A stretch of DNA of 64,000 nt from a bacterium (GTDB lineage Bacteria; Electryoneota; RPQS01), in the NCBI GenBank assembly GCA_016721565.1, contig JADKHW010000006.1, positions 31,286 to 95,285 on the forward strand, read 5' to 3'. The translations under genes and the position numbers were made by a program. Of this stretch, positions 50,327 through 58,139 are shown piece by piece. The notes beneath the pieces are model-generated. The model was not told the origin of the DNA. It was given only the letters and a program-made list of their open reading frames with translations, and ran no database searches. Every line of letters begins with the position of its first letter. The first letter of the stretch is position 1.

Positions 50327-50372
50327 GGATTTCGGCGGGGAACCGCTTCGCTAAATCCCCGCTCGGCGGAAA
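50327..50372. repeat. Hairpin-containing repeat element, copy A (GCGGGGA-N-TCCCCGC core)
   Basis: TTTCGGCGGGGAACCGCTTCGCTAAATCCCCGCTCGGCGG. Copy B at 52288-52342 carries a 13-nt hairpin insertion. Confidence 0.7.
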
Positions 50373-50479
50373 TGAGGCAAGGCCAAGGTCGATTTGTTAC
50401 CACCCCTTTATCCCCCCAGAGGACTGGGGGGAAATCAGAAAGCACTTGCGGAAGTGGTGGGGTGGGTGTAGATTGGGGT

Positions 50480-52282
50480 ATGAAGTGCGATTTTCTTCAG
50501 ACGCGAATTCTATCTGTATTCAATCTCTTGAAGCGGGTGGGGTTCGCGGTTTTGTTGTTGGGGGGAGCGGCGCAGTCCCAGCCACAGATTGACTGGAGGG
50601 AAGCTCGCATGATTGATGCTGACGTGTATTGGCACTTTCACAATATTGCAGTTTCCGGTGATACATTATTATTTGTTAAGTTCAATGAAGCTGGGCGGCC
50701 CGTTACCTGTTTTAGCTACGACAATGGATTAACTCATGGTGACTGGATCGAACATGGTGTAGATGAGGACAGAGCCTATAATACAGTTATAAGCACATCG
50801 GCGAATTGGTCCTATGTCTTCTGGGAAGACGATTTTCCATCAACGATGAGAGCAGAGGCAAGTTCAAATGCTGGATCGACGTGGCAGCCGCAAATTGAGC
50901 ATACAGGCGCGTGGCCACTAGCTGCATCAACTTCAGCCAGCACAACCGTCTTAGTGTACTCTGCGAGTTCGTCAGGTGCCGCTGTGGTAAAGGCACGTTG
51001 GGCGATTGACGGAACAAACTGGGGAACATCCCAAACGGTCGATACATTCAGGACTGAAATGGATGGCAATGATGTTACGCTGACGGCTACCCATACGTTG
51101 ATATCAGCTATTGAAGTGAATACAAACATGTATGACGACCGGATTCATGTTGCTCGTGGATCTAGGACTGGCATACCTTGGACACAATTTGAAGTGATGC
51201 CTAACCAGCCGTACGCTCAAGTCGTTCGAAGGGTTAGCCTAGCATCCGATACTACTTCGGAAAATGTTGTACTTGCGAGTGTTTGGGAAAGAGGTGTCTC
51301 AGGATTCGGAGATGCGGACGTATTTGTTACGCACAGCCCGGACGGGGGCGAGAGTTGGGAAACACCGCAACAGCTCACGGAAGGAGCTCCTATTTCTTGG
51401 GCTTCCTATGATGACATAAAAGCTTTCTGCAAAGGAAATCTGTATGGATTGGCTTGGAGCTATGATACTGCTGATGACATCGAGGATTGGAGTCTGAACT
51501 TCAGATATTCAGCTAATCACGGCAGATTTTGGTACCCTGCGCAGGAAATTAACTCGTTTGTGCGCGGAACCAGAATTACAACAGGACAATTTGTTGGGAG
51601 TGAAGTACGTGTCTATTGGGACGTGGCGCTTGACTCAAACTTCACAGAATTTTCTTTGCGAACAGTCTCGGGGCTTCTCACACCTGACACATTATCTCCA
51701 GAACTTGAGAACCTCTGGAATCTTCCTGAAATTGTATCCTCCGACACTACACTCGAGTTAAGTGTACTGGCAACGGACGACGACTCGCTGTGGAGCGTTG
51801 AGTTTGTGGCATATCTACAGGGCGCTCCAGAAGTGTCTTCAATAGTTGTGCTTGAGCACTTATCCTCTTCGCAGTTTGAAGGGTTTTGGACGGTTCCAGC
51901 TGACACGGCGATGTGGGTTTGCTTCTATCGTGCAGAAGATTTGTGGGAGAATGTGGCGACAACCTTGCCAGAGACGTTATTTGTTGGTACGATTCAAGCT
52001 GGTGGTAGTACTCCAACGATTGTGAATAAATTTTCACTTTCTGCATTTCCTAACCCATTCAACTCGACGCTTTCGATTTCGTTGGATGTGCCGTTGCATC
52101 GGGATGTGACGCTTGGGTTGTATGATTTGTTGGGGAGAGAGGTGGATGTGGTTTATCGGGGGAGACTCTCGTCTTCTACTGTTTCTTATGTTGCGCCTGC
52201 GGCGATGGCGAGTGGGGTTTATTTTTTGAGGGCGAGTGCGAATTCGCAATCTGTTTTGGGGAAAGTGGTTTTGTTGAAATAG
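50480..52282 (+). CDS. Secreted BNR/sialidase-like repeat protein with T9SS C-terminal sorting domain
   Basis: Signal peptide MKCDFLQTRILSVFNLLKRVGFAVLLLGGAAQSQ. BNR-like SxDxGxxW (HSPDGGESWETP, SNAGSTWQP). C-terminal Por_Secre_tail-like FPNPFNSTLSISL...GVYFLRA...KVVLLK. The true start is 50480, not 50303. Confidence 0.75.
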   Translation: MKCDFLQTRILSVFNLLKRVGFAVLLLGGAAQSQPQIDWREARMIDADVYWHFHNIAVSGDTLLFVKFNEAGRPVTCFSYDNGLTHGDWIEHGVDEDRAYNTVISTSANWSYVFWEDDFPSTMRAEASSNAGSTWQPQIEHTGAWPLAASTSASTTVLVYSASSSGAAVVKARWAIDGTNWGTSQTVDTFRTEMDGNDVTLTATHTLISAIEVNTNMYDDRIHVARGSRTGIPWTQFEVMPNQPYAQVVRRVSLASDTTSENVVLASVWERGVSGFGDADVFVTHSPDGGESWETPQQLTEGAPISWASYDDIKAFCKGNLYGLAWSYDTADDIEDWSLNFRYSANHGRFWYPAQEINSFVRGTRITTGQFVGSEVRVYWDVALDSNFTEFSLRTVSGLLTPDTLSPELENLWNLPEIVSSDTTLELSVLATDDDSLWSVEFVAYLQGAPEVSSIVVLEHLSSSQFEGFWTVPADTAMWVCFYRAEDLWENVATTLPETLFVGTIQAGGSTPTIVNKFSLSAFPNPFNSTLSISLDVPLHRDVTLGLYDLLGREVDVVYRGRLSSSTVSYVAPAAMASGVYFLRASANSQSVLGKVVLLK

Positions 52283-52287
52283 CGGAT

Positions 52288-52342
52288 TCCGGCGGGGAAC
52301 CGCTACGTGCTTTTCAAGCACTTCGCTTAATCCCCGCTCGGC
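52288..52342. repeat. Hairpin-containing repeat element, copy B
   Basis: TTCCGGCGGGGAACCGCTACG[TGCTTTTCAAGCA]CTTCGCTTAATCCCCGCTCGGCG, immediately after the T9SS gene stop. Confidence 0.7.
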
Positions 52343-52379
52343 GAGCATGCAGAAGCAGAGGGGTCCTTCACCCGCGGCG

Positions 52380-52660
52380 GGTTCAGGATGACAATGTGGC
52401 TTGGAATCTCGGTGGGCGGGGCAGGTGAAGACACCTGCCGCCGCGACGCTTAGCAGGGTAACCTCCTTTTACGAGATCCTTCCAGGATGACAATGCGATT
52501 TTACGTTGATGAATGCGCTGGACATTTTCGTGGTGTCTGGGTAGGTCCCTTCGCTTTGCTGCGGGATGACAATAGGGTTTGAAATCTCGATTTTGCTATA
52601 CGCGGGCGGCACGCCTGCCGCCCCTACAACGGGCATGCAGAATTAATGTTGGCGGGCCAA
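52380..52660. repeat. Degenerate tandem repeats (GGATGACAAT units at 52386, 52485, 52564) with multiple GC-rich hairpins
   Basis: Three roughly 80-100-bp units sharing GGATGACAAT...GAAATCTCG...GGGCGG..CCTGCCGCC. Hairpins GGCAGGTG/CACCTGCC and GGCGGG/CCCGCC. Confidence 0.6.
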
Positions 52661-52699
52661 GACCCGCCACTACAATTTTTTGTGATATGGGTGAATAAT

Positions 52700-52728
52700 A
52701 AAAGAGACCGCTTGCGCGGTCTCTTTTG
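52700..52728. terminator. Bidirectional rho-independent terminator downstream of the minus-strand permease gene
   Basis: AAA-AGAGACCGC-TTGC-GCGGTCTCT-TTTG. Confidence 0.75.
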
Positions 52729-52729
52729 T

Positions 52730-53866
52730 TTATCCGAATAGGCCTTGGCCGGATCTTCGTTGTCGCCACCATAGGTAGAGTGCGACTAAGGCGAAGAGGA
52801 CGTTGGGCGCCCACATTGCTGAGGCGGGAGTGACTGTGCCGCGATCGGCAAGGTCTTCACCGGCGATTAGGAAGACCCAATAGATTAAGAAGAAGGCCAT
52901 GCTGTAGCCTGCGGAGACGCCGATGCCTGATCTGCGCACCATTTGACCTAAGAGTCCGCCGAGTGCGGCGAAGATTAAGCAGGCTGCGGGGATGGAAAAC
53001 TTTTTATGAATTTCGACCCACAACCGCGAGATATTTTTGGCGTTCTTGTTAGCGTCGTTGCTCTTGTAGTTTTCGATGCGCTGCATCAATTGCGTGACAT
53101 CCATTTCACGGTCGCCGCGCCAATCGGTGCTTGTGCGTCTGAGCGACATGTCCGGTGCGTGAATGCGGAAGATGGCGCTCTGGAAAGCAATTCTATGATG
53201 CTCGCCCGGGCGGGCGCGGTCTGAGCGTAATATCTCGCCATCGTTCAAAGTGAACTCGAAACCTTCAAACCACTCTTCATATTTCAGTTTTCCGCGATCT
53301 GCAATCACCGTTCCGCCGAAACGCGGGTCGTCGTCTTCGTAAACCACGACGTTGTGAATTTCGGAAGTCTCGTTATCCACTTTTTGAGCGTAGAGCACAT
53401 GGCCCGGAATATCGGAGAGAAATACACCGGGTTCCAAAATCATGGCGGGTTTCAGGCGCTTGATGTCTGTTTGAAGTTGACGCGAGCGATAGTTGAGGTC
53501 GGGCAGAACGTTGTTATTGAAATAGGCCAAGCCAACTGCTGAAATCAAACCGAATAGAATTGCGGGCAAGAGCATCTGCCACGGGCCGACGCCTGAGGAG
53601 CGCAAGGCGGTGACTTCATTATCTGAGGACAATCTTCCGTAGGCCGACAAGACGGCGACCAACACGGCCATCGGTACGGCGAGCGCAATCATCCACGCCA
53701 AGTTCAGCGCGAAGAACTCGACTACCGTCATAACCGGAAGTCCCTTGCCCACAATCCGGCCCAGCATAGTGAAGACCAGATTCAGGACAAACAGGAAAAC
53801 GATCAGCGACAGGCTGAAGATGAAAGGGGGGATGAACTCCCGGGTCAGGTAGCGGAAGAGAGTCAT
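52730..53866 (-). CDS. LptF/LptG-family (YjgP/YjgQ) permease
   Basis: MTLFRYLTREFIPPFIFSLSLIVFLFVLNLV is the typical LptF/G N-terminus. 6-TM layout with periplasmic beta-jellyroll. 378 aa. Confidence 0.8.
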   Translation of the reverse strand: MTLFRYLTREFIPPFIFSLSLIVFLFVLNLVFTMLGRIVGKGLPVMTVVEFFALNLAWMIALAVPMAVLVAVLSAYGRLSSDNEVTALRSSGVGPWQMLLPAILFGLISAVGLAYFNNNVLPDLNYRSRQLQTDIKRLKPAMILEPGVFLSDIPGHVLYAQKVDNETSEIHNVVVYEDDDPRFGGTVIADRGKLKYEEWFEGFEFTLNDGEILRSDRARPGEHHRIAFQSAIFRIHAPDMSLRRTSTDWRGDREMDVTQLMQRIENYKSNDANKNAKNISRLWVEIHKKFSIPAACLIFAALGGLLGQMVRRSGIGVSAGYSMAFFLIYWVFLIAGEDLADRGTVTPASAMWAPNVLFALVALYLWWRQRRSGQGLFG

Positions 53867-53984
53867 TTGGGGGCGGAATTTGTTCGCAAGTTAATAAAAT
53901 TGAAGAACATTTCCCACAACCCCGCTTGCTTTTTCCCATAAATCGGATATACTTGCTGATTCGGGGACGGATTGCCCTCCGCCC

Positions 53985-54067
53985 GGAGGACTAGTCTAAT
54001 TGGTAAGGCAACGGTCTTGAAAACCGTCGGGCGAAAGCCTTTGGGAGTTCGAGTCTCCCGTCCTCCG
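53985..54067 (+). tRNA. tRNA-Ser (anticodon UGA), class II with long variable arm
   Basis: Acceptor GGAGGAC/GTCCTCC. Anticodon stem ACGGT-CTTGAAA-ACCGT is near-identical to the E. coli tRNA-Ser(UGA) arm. Variable arm GGGCGAAAGCC. T-arm GGGAG-TTCGAGT-CTCCC. Confidence 0.8.
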
Positions 54068-54101
54068 CAAGTATTATAGAAAACAGCATTTTGGGGTTCC
54101 T

Positions 54102-54614
54102 ATGCGGAAGGTTGTGCTGTTTGCGGCCTCCAGTCTGGACGGCTTTATTGCCAGACCTGACGGAGCTATTGACTGGCTCTTTCAGGATGGTGACTACGGT
54201 TTTTCAGAGTTCATGGAGACTGTCGATTCTGTCGTGCTGGGCCGCAAGACCTACGAGGTCGCCAAAGCGCTGGGAGACGATTCCCTGACGGCTGGGGAGC
54301 ATTGGATTGTCAGCCGCAATCCGGACAAGCACGCCGGAGGCAAGGCGCGCTTCGGGACTTTGGATCAGGTTGGCGATTGGCTGAGATCATCGGTGTCCGA
54401 AAAAGCGGTTTGGCTGATCGGCGGAGGTGAATTGACTGCGGCATTTTTGGATCGCGGTTGGCTGAACGAAATTGTGCTGGCGATTCATCCGCGTTTGTTG
54501 GGCATGGGGATTGGCATCAGTCCGAATCTGCTGAACGACGCTGTGCTGACTTATCGCAAGCATAAGGTCTTTGACAATGGATTGATACAAGTTTGGTACG
54601 ATGTGGCTCGCTGA
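54102..54614 (+). CDS. Dihydrofolate reductase-family protein (RibD C-terminal domain type)
   Basis: MRKVVLFAASSLDGFIARPDGAIDWL...VVLGRKTYE is the typical RibD_C/YwjB-like pattern. 170 aa. Confidence 0.75.
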   Translation: MRKVVLFAASSLDGFIARPDGAIDWLFQDGDYGFSEFMETVDSVVLGRKTYEVAKALGDDSLTAGEHWIVSRNPDKHAGGKARFGTLDQVGDWLRSSVSEKAVWLIGGGELTAAFLDRGWLNEIVLAIHPRLLGMGIGISPNLLNDAVLTYRKHKVFDNGLIQVWYDVAR

Positions 54615-54632
54615 GGCCACCAAAGAATTTCA

Positions 54633-54722
<90 letters not shown>

Positions 54723-54844
54723 ATTGCGCACAAGTACTTGATTATAGTGCTTGTGCGTTTGATATTTTGGAGTGAAGTGCCAAGTATGTGCCAAGTGTTC
54801 TAAGTGGCCGGCACGCCCAAAATAGACCTAAAGGCCAAATCAAA

Positions 54845-55970
54845 ATGAAAAGACCAGACACGCCGAATGTGCGTTCCCGAAAGAATCCAAGCGGTGAACG
54901 CGTGTACTTCGTCGACTACTTCGACTTTGAAAAGAACAAGCGAGTACGCGAAGTCGTTGGTCCGCGAAAGGCTGAAGCAGATCGTCGGGCAGCCGAAATC
55001 TATCAGCAACGAAAGGATGAGTACTTAGGCGTTGCCGTGCCGACGGCCAATGACATTACCCTGGGCGAGCTTATCGACGCATTCTTCCGTAGCAAAGTAG
55101 GTCGCGTTGCGCCTTCAACAATCAAGCGGTATAGAATTCATGCAGCGCACTTAGTTGCCTTTGTCAACAAGAATTTCCCCAAAGTCAAGAACATTCGAGC
55201 GATTCGCAAGGTCTACATCGAGGAACTTTTTGAAGCTTTGCGACGGCAAGCAATGGAGCCCAAGACCCTAAACGCACAACTTCAATTTGTGAAGGCAATC
55301 TTCATCTTCGCCGAACACGAAGGGTATCTTACTGAAAGCCCTGCGAAACGAATCAAACCGTTTCGCGAGACCAAGCAATCCCAAGCAGTGCCATACTGGT
55401 CGAAAATCGAAGTTGTTTCGATTCTTGCGGAAGTGAAACAGGGTGGAGGACGCCTATGAATTCTTGTATCACACGGGGCTGCGTAAGGGCGAACTTTCCA
55501 ATCTCACTTGGGATGATGTTGACCTTGATCACGACCCTCCTTCAATTGCCATTCAAGCAAAAGATGATTGGACAACGAAAACCTTGAAGCGGCGAATCGT
55601 TCCGCTGAATACAAGAGCAGCGGAGATAATCAAACGTCAGGCTCGAAGCAAAAAACACAACTACGTTTTCAAAGCTCCAGAAGGTGGGCAAATCCACCCA
55701 GATAAGATTTATCGCGAACTGAAACGCGCACTGGCTGTCTTGAATCTCGAAGGTGATGTTCACCAGTGGCGACACACATTTGCATCCCATCTTGTGATGA
55801 GTGGAGTTGATATCGCTACGGTCTCCAAACTATTAGGGCATCATTCCATCGAAAAAAGCCATGAAATACCCCCTCTTGCTCCTGGACCACTTGGCGGCGG
55901 GTGTGAGATCACTTGGCGCAAAGGGAAAGAGTGGGGGACGACGCAAACTTTACATCATTTTATGCCTTGA
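54845..55970 (+). pseudogene. Tyrosine recombinase/phage integrase, disrupted by a frameshift near 55443-55459 and a probable second one in an A6 run near 55853
   Basis: N-terminal SAM-like/core-binding domain ORF (54845..55459) and catalytic-domain ORF (55443..55970) are in different frames. The catalytic ORF has R..HxxR (HQWRHTFASHL) and LLGHHSIEK, but the terminal Tyr motif is out of frame. Deleting one A restores ...MKY...LDHL. Confidence 0.7.
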
Positions 55971-55986
55971 TTCTGGCATAAGAAAT

Positions 55987-56018
55987 TAAAGAAGCAAGAG
56001 CTCTGCATTGTGCAGGGC
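55987..56018 (+). terminator. Rho-independent terminator after integrase
   Basis: AAGAGCTCTGCA-TTG-TGCAGGGCTCTT followed by TTCGTTT. Confidence 0.65.
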
Positions 56019-56050
56019 TCTTTTCGTTTCCACCCCCCAAAGGAGTTCCC

Positions 56051-56263
56051 ATGAAAGTCAAAGTCCTCTGCCTTGGCCGCTCGGCCAAGGAAATCAACGT
56101 CAGTGACGGTACGACCGTCGAACAAGCCATCGCGGAATGCGGATTCCCGAAGGATTCGAGCTATACCCGGCACCTGAACGGCAGCCCGTGTTTTGACACG
56201 GATATTCTGGTCGACAACGCCGTGTTGACGTTGGTGCCACAAGTGAAAGGCGGGGGTTGTTAG
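56051..56263 (+). CDS. Ubiquitin-like beta-grasp protein (ThiS/MoaD-like) ending in GGG-C
   Basis: 70 aa. MKVKVL...HLNGSPCFDTDILVDNAVLTLVPQVKGGGC. RBS AAAGGAG 6 nt upstream. The C-terminal Gly-Gly is followed by a single Cys, as in precursor Ubls trimmed by JAB peptidases. Confidence 0.75.
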   Translation: MKVKVLCLGRSAKEINVSDGTTVEQAIAECGFPKDSSYTRHLNGSPCFDTDILVDNAVLTLVPQVKGGGC

Positions 56264-56346
56264 ACAGCGTTCCTGACTGTCTACCAATTAAGGGAGGGCT
56301 GCGGTTCAAGTAACCGTGGCCCTCTCTTTCCTCCGGAGGAACGCTT

Positions 56347-56415
56347 ATGATTGAACAACAAATCCGCACGTTGTGCCGATTCTATGAACAGAAATGGCAT
56401 GTGCCGATTACATAA
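56347..56415 (+). CDS. Leader mini-ORF (22 aa, MIEQQIRTLCRFYEQKWHVPIT) with strong RBS, overlapping the E2 start via TAATG
   Basis: GGAGGA sits 6 nt upstream of the ATG. Its stop TAA overlaps ATG 56415 of the downstream gene. No RBS precedes any candidate start of the E2 gene itself. Confidence 0.4.
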   Translation: MIEQQIRTLCRFYEQKWHVPIT

Positions 56416-57455
56416 TGACACAAGACATGGACCTGCTTTGTTGGCACGAAGTTGGGATTGCTGTCCGTACTCATACGGATCCTGATTCAGCATTCTCAAA
56501 GAATGTCTCAGGTGATCCGCTTGTGATGGAATCAGTGCTTGTCGGCAAGGTTTCACCGACTTGGATTGTGCTGTACGGTGCGCCTCGTGTCGATGTGACT
56601 TCGAACATCCTTGACGCACATCTTCCACGTATGTGCCGGACGTTTAGAGAACGTCAAAGGGAGACATTGATCGACACGATGCAAACTGTGGCTGCCGAAC
56701 GGAAGCATGAACTTGCAATCTCGCTTAGAGATGACCGATACGAACTCGAACGACTTTGCATGCAGGTGATGACTCTATCACGCAAAGTCGAAGGAGACCG
56801 TGAGATACTGAACATGTTCAGCAGGGCACCGGAATTCATCAAAGCGAAGGCGACGCGGACATTCGTGGAAATGATGCGACTGGTTCCCAGTTGTTATTCG
56901 CATATCAACGTCGTCGAGAAGTCTGTGCTTGCCGAGACGTATCCGATCACACTGGAACACGATGGTGGAAGTTACAACTTCGAACCTTATGTGGTTGAAG
57001 TGGACTTGGACAAGGGCAAAGTGTTGATCAGCGGCGGAACCGAATGCAACGGTTACATACATCCGCATGTCACGGATGATCCTAACAACATTTGTTGGGG
57101 TAACATCGGACATCTTGTATCTCGACTGACTGGTGAACTTGACTTGCATGGACTGCTCCAACTTGTTCATCAGTTTCTGCATAGCTACAATAGTTCAGAT
57201 CCGTTTCAAAAGATCGAGAAGTGGGATCCCGATTGGGTTGAAGACGAAGATGACAATGATTCATACTGTTCGTGGTGTGATGATTACGGCCACGATGTTT
57301 CAGAATGTGACTATTGCAGTTGGTGTGAACACTGTGATCAGTACGACGAACACAGTGAAGAGAACTGCCCAAACCGTCCCAAAGATGAAGATGAAGACGA
57401 AGGAGAGGAGGAAGCCGATGCAGAACTTGCAGAGGACACCGCGACAGCCGGTTGA
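56415..57455 (+). CDS. E2-like (UBC-fold) ubiquitin-conjugating enzyme homolog with N-terminal extension and C-terminal CxxC-rich acidic tail (alternative start 56394)
   Basis: UBC-like core: beta-strands (YPITLEHDGGSYNFEPYVVEVDLDKGKVLI), HPN-like motif with catalytic Cys (YIHPHVTDDPNNICWGNIGHL), following helix (LHGLLQLVHQFLHSY). Tail: CSWCDDYGHDVSECDYCSWCEHC...C then DEDEDEGEEE. Confidence 0.65.
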   Translation: MTQDMDLLCWHEVGIAVRTHTDPDSAFSKNVSGDPLVMESVLVGKVSPTWIVLYGAPRVDVTSNILDAHLPRMCRTFRERQRETLIDTMQTVAAERKHELAISLRDDRYELERLCMQVMTLSRKVEGDREILNMFSRAPEFIKAKATRTFVEMMRLVPSCYSHINVVEKSVLAETYPITLEHDGGSYNFEPYVVEVDLDKGKVLISGGTECNGYIHPHVTDDPNNICWGNIGHLVSRLTGELDLHGLLQLVHQFLHSYNSSDPFQKIEKWDPDWVEDEDDNDSYCSWCDDYGHDVSECDYCSWCEHCDQYDEHSEENCPNRPKDEDEDEGEEEADAELAEDTATAG

Positions 57456-58131
57456 TGCTGGTGTGAAGATTCAAGTCGAGGCCGAGGCTATGCAGAAGCT
57501 ATGGCTGTGGACTGATTTTGCGAGAGGTGAGGTTAGTTGCCTCGGACTCGTGGATGAAGTTGTTAGCACGGACACTGGTCGCACGACGGCGTTGATTGTC
57601 ACCGACTTCTTTCTGGTAAAGCAGGATTGCACTTCCGACGAAACCGATATGGATGTTGCGGATGTTGCCAGATTGATATCCGAACTGGAAGCGAAGGGAA
57701 TTGACTCGCGTAAGCTTCGTTGCTGGGCACACTCGCATGCGACGATGAGCGTATTCTGGTCAGGTCAGGATGAATCATGTATCAGTGGACTTGCCAATGC
57801 TGAGTGGCTACTCAGCTTGGTCGTGAATAAACGTCGTGACACACAGATGCGCCTTGACCAGTTCCATCCCAGTCATATGTACATTCCTGATGTCGTGTGG
57901 GAAGTGAAATATCCACTGGTGGACGGCCTCGCAGAAGCATGCTTTGATGAGTTCAAGGCCAAAGTCCACGAAGGTACTTTCATGCCAAGAACACGCGATG
58001 TTGTCAGTGGAAGAGATCGTCTTTGGAATGAGCTGGACCATGCGAGGGAACGAGGTGCTTTGACAATGGATGACCTTGATGACGAATTGAATTGGCTGGG
58101 GATTGAACGTGACGACTTTGAACCATATTAG
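57418..58131 (+). CDS. JAB/MPN (JAMM) metalloprotease, predicted Ubl-processing/deconjugating peptidase
   Basis: JAMM motif HSHATMSVFWSGQD (HxHx7Sx2D) with upstream Glu (GEVSCLGLV). RBS GAAGGAGAGGAGG precedes ATG 57418. Overlaps the E2 3' end by 38 nt. Confidence 0.8.
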   Translation: MQNLQRTPRQPVDAGVKIQVEAEAMQKLWLWTDFARGEVSCLGLVDEVVSTDTGRTTALIVTDFFLVKQDCTSDETDMDVADVARLISELEAKGIDSRKLRCWAHSHATMSVFWSGQDESCISGLANAEWLLSLVVNKRRDTQMRLDQFHPSHMYIPDVVWEVKYPLVDGLAEACFDEFKAKVHEGTFMPRTRDVVSGRDRLWNELDHARERGALTMDDLDDELNWLGIERDDFEPY

Positions 58132-58139
58132 GAGACCAC

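Noticed and set aside
50303-50479. Annotated 5' extension of the first T9SS gene
   Set aside because: It contains the hairpin repeat element and has no signal peptide. The Met at 50480 is followed immediately by a typical signal peptide that is shared with the paralog at 59625.
52380-52660. Possible CRISPR array
   Set aside because: The repeats are degenerate (only a 10-nt core is identical). Spacing is irregular (99 and 79 bp). Units carry internal hairpins rather than a single short palindromic repeat. No cas genes are nearby.
53985-54067. Alternative reading of the first tRNA as tRNA-Phe (GAA)
   Set aside because: Shifting the anticodon loop by one gives GAA. However, the molecule has a 14-nt variable arm and a 3-bp D-stem characteristic of class II tRNA-Ser. 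The 5-bp stem ACGGT/ACCGT with loop CTTGAAA (U33, A37) gives anticodon UGA, matching the E. coli tRNA-Ser(UGA) arm almost exactly.
57133-57417. Annotated 5' extension of the JAB ORF overlapping the E2 gene
   Set aside because: It is an out-of-frame overlap of 285 nt with the E2 coding region and has Met/Thr-rich nonsense composition. A strong RBS (GAAGGAGAGGAGG) precedes ATG 57418, which gives a normal-size JAB protein.
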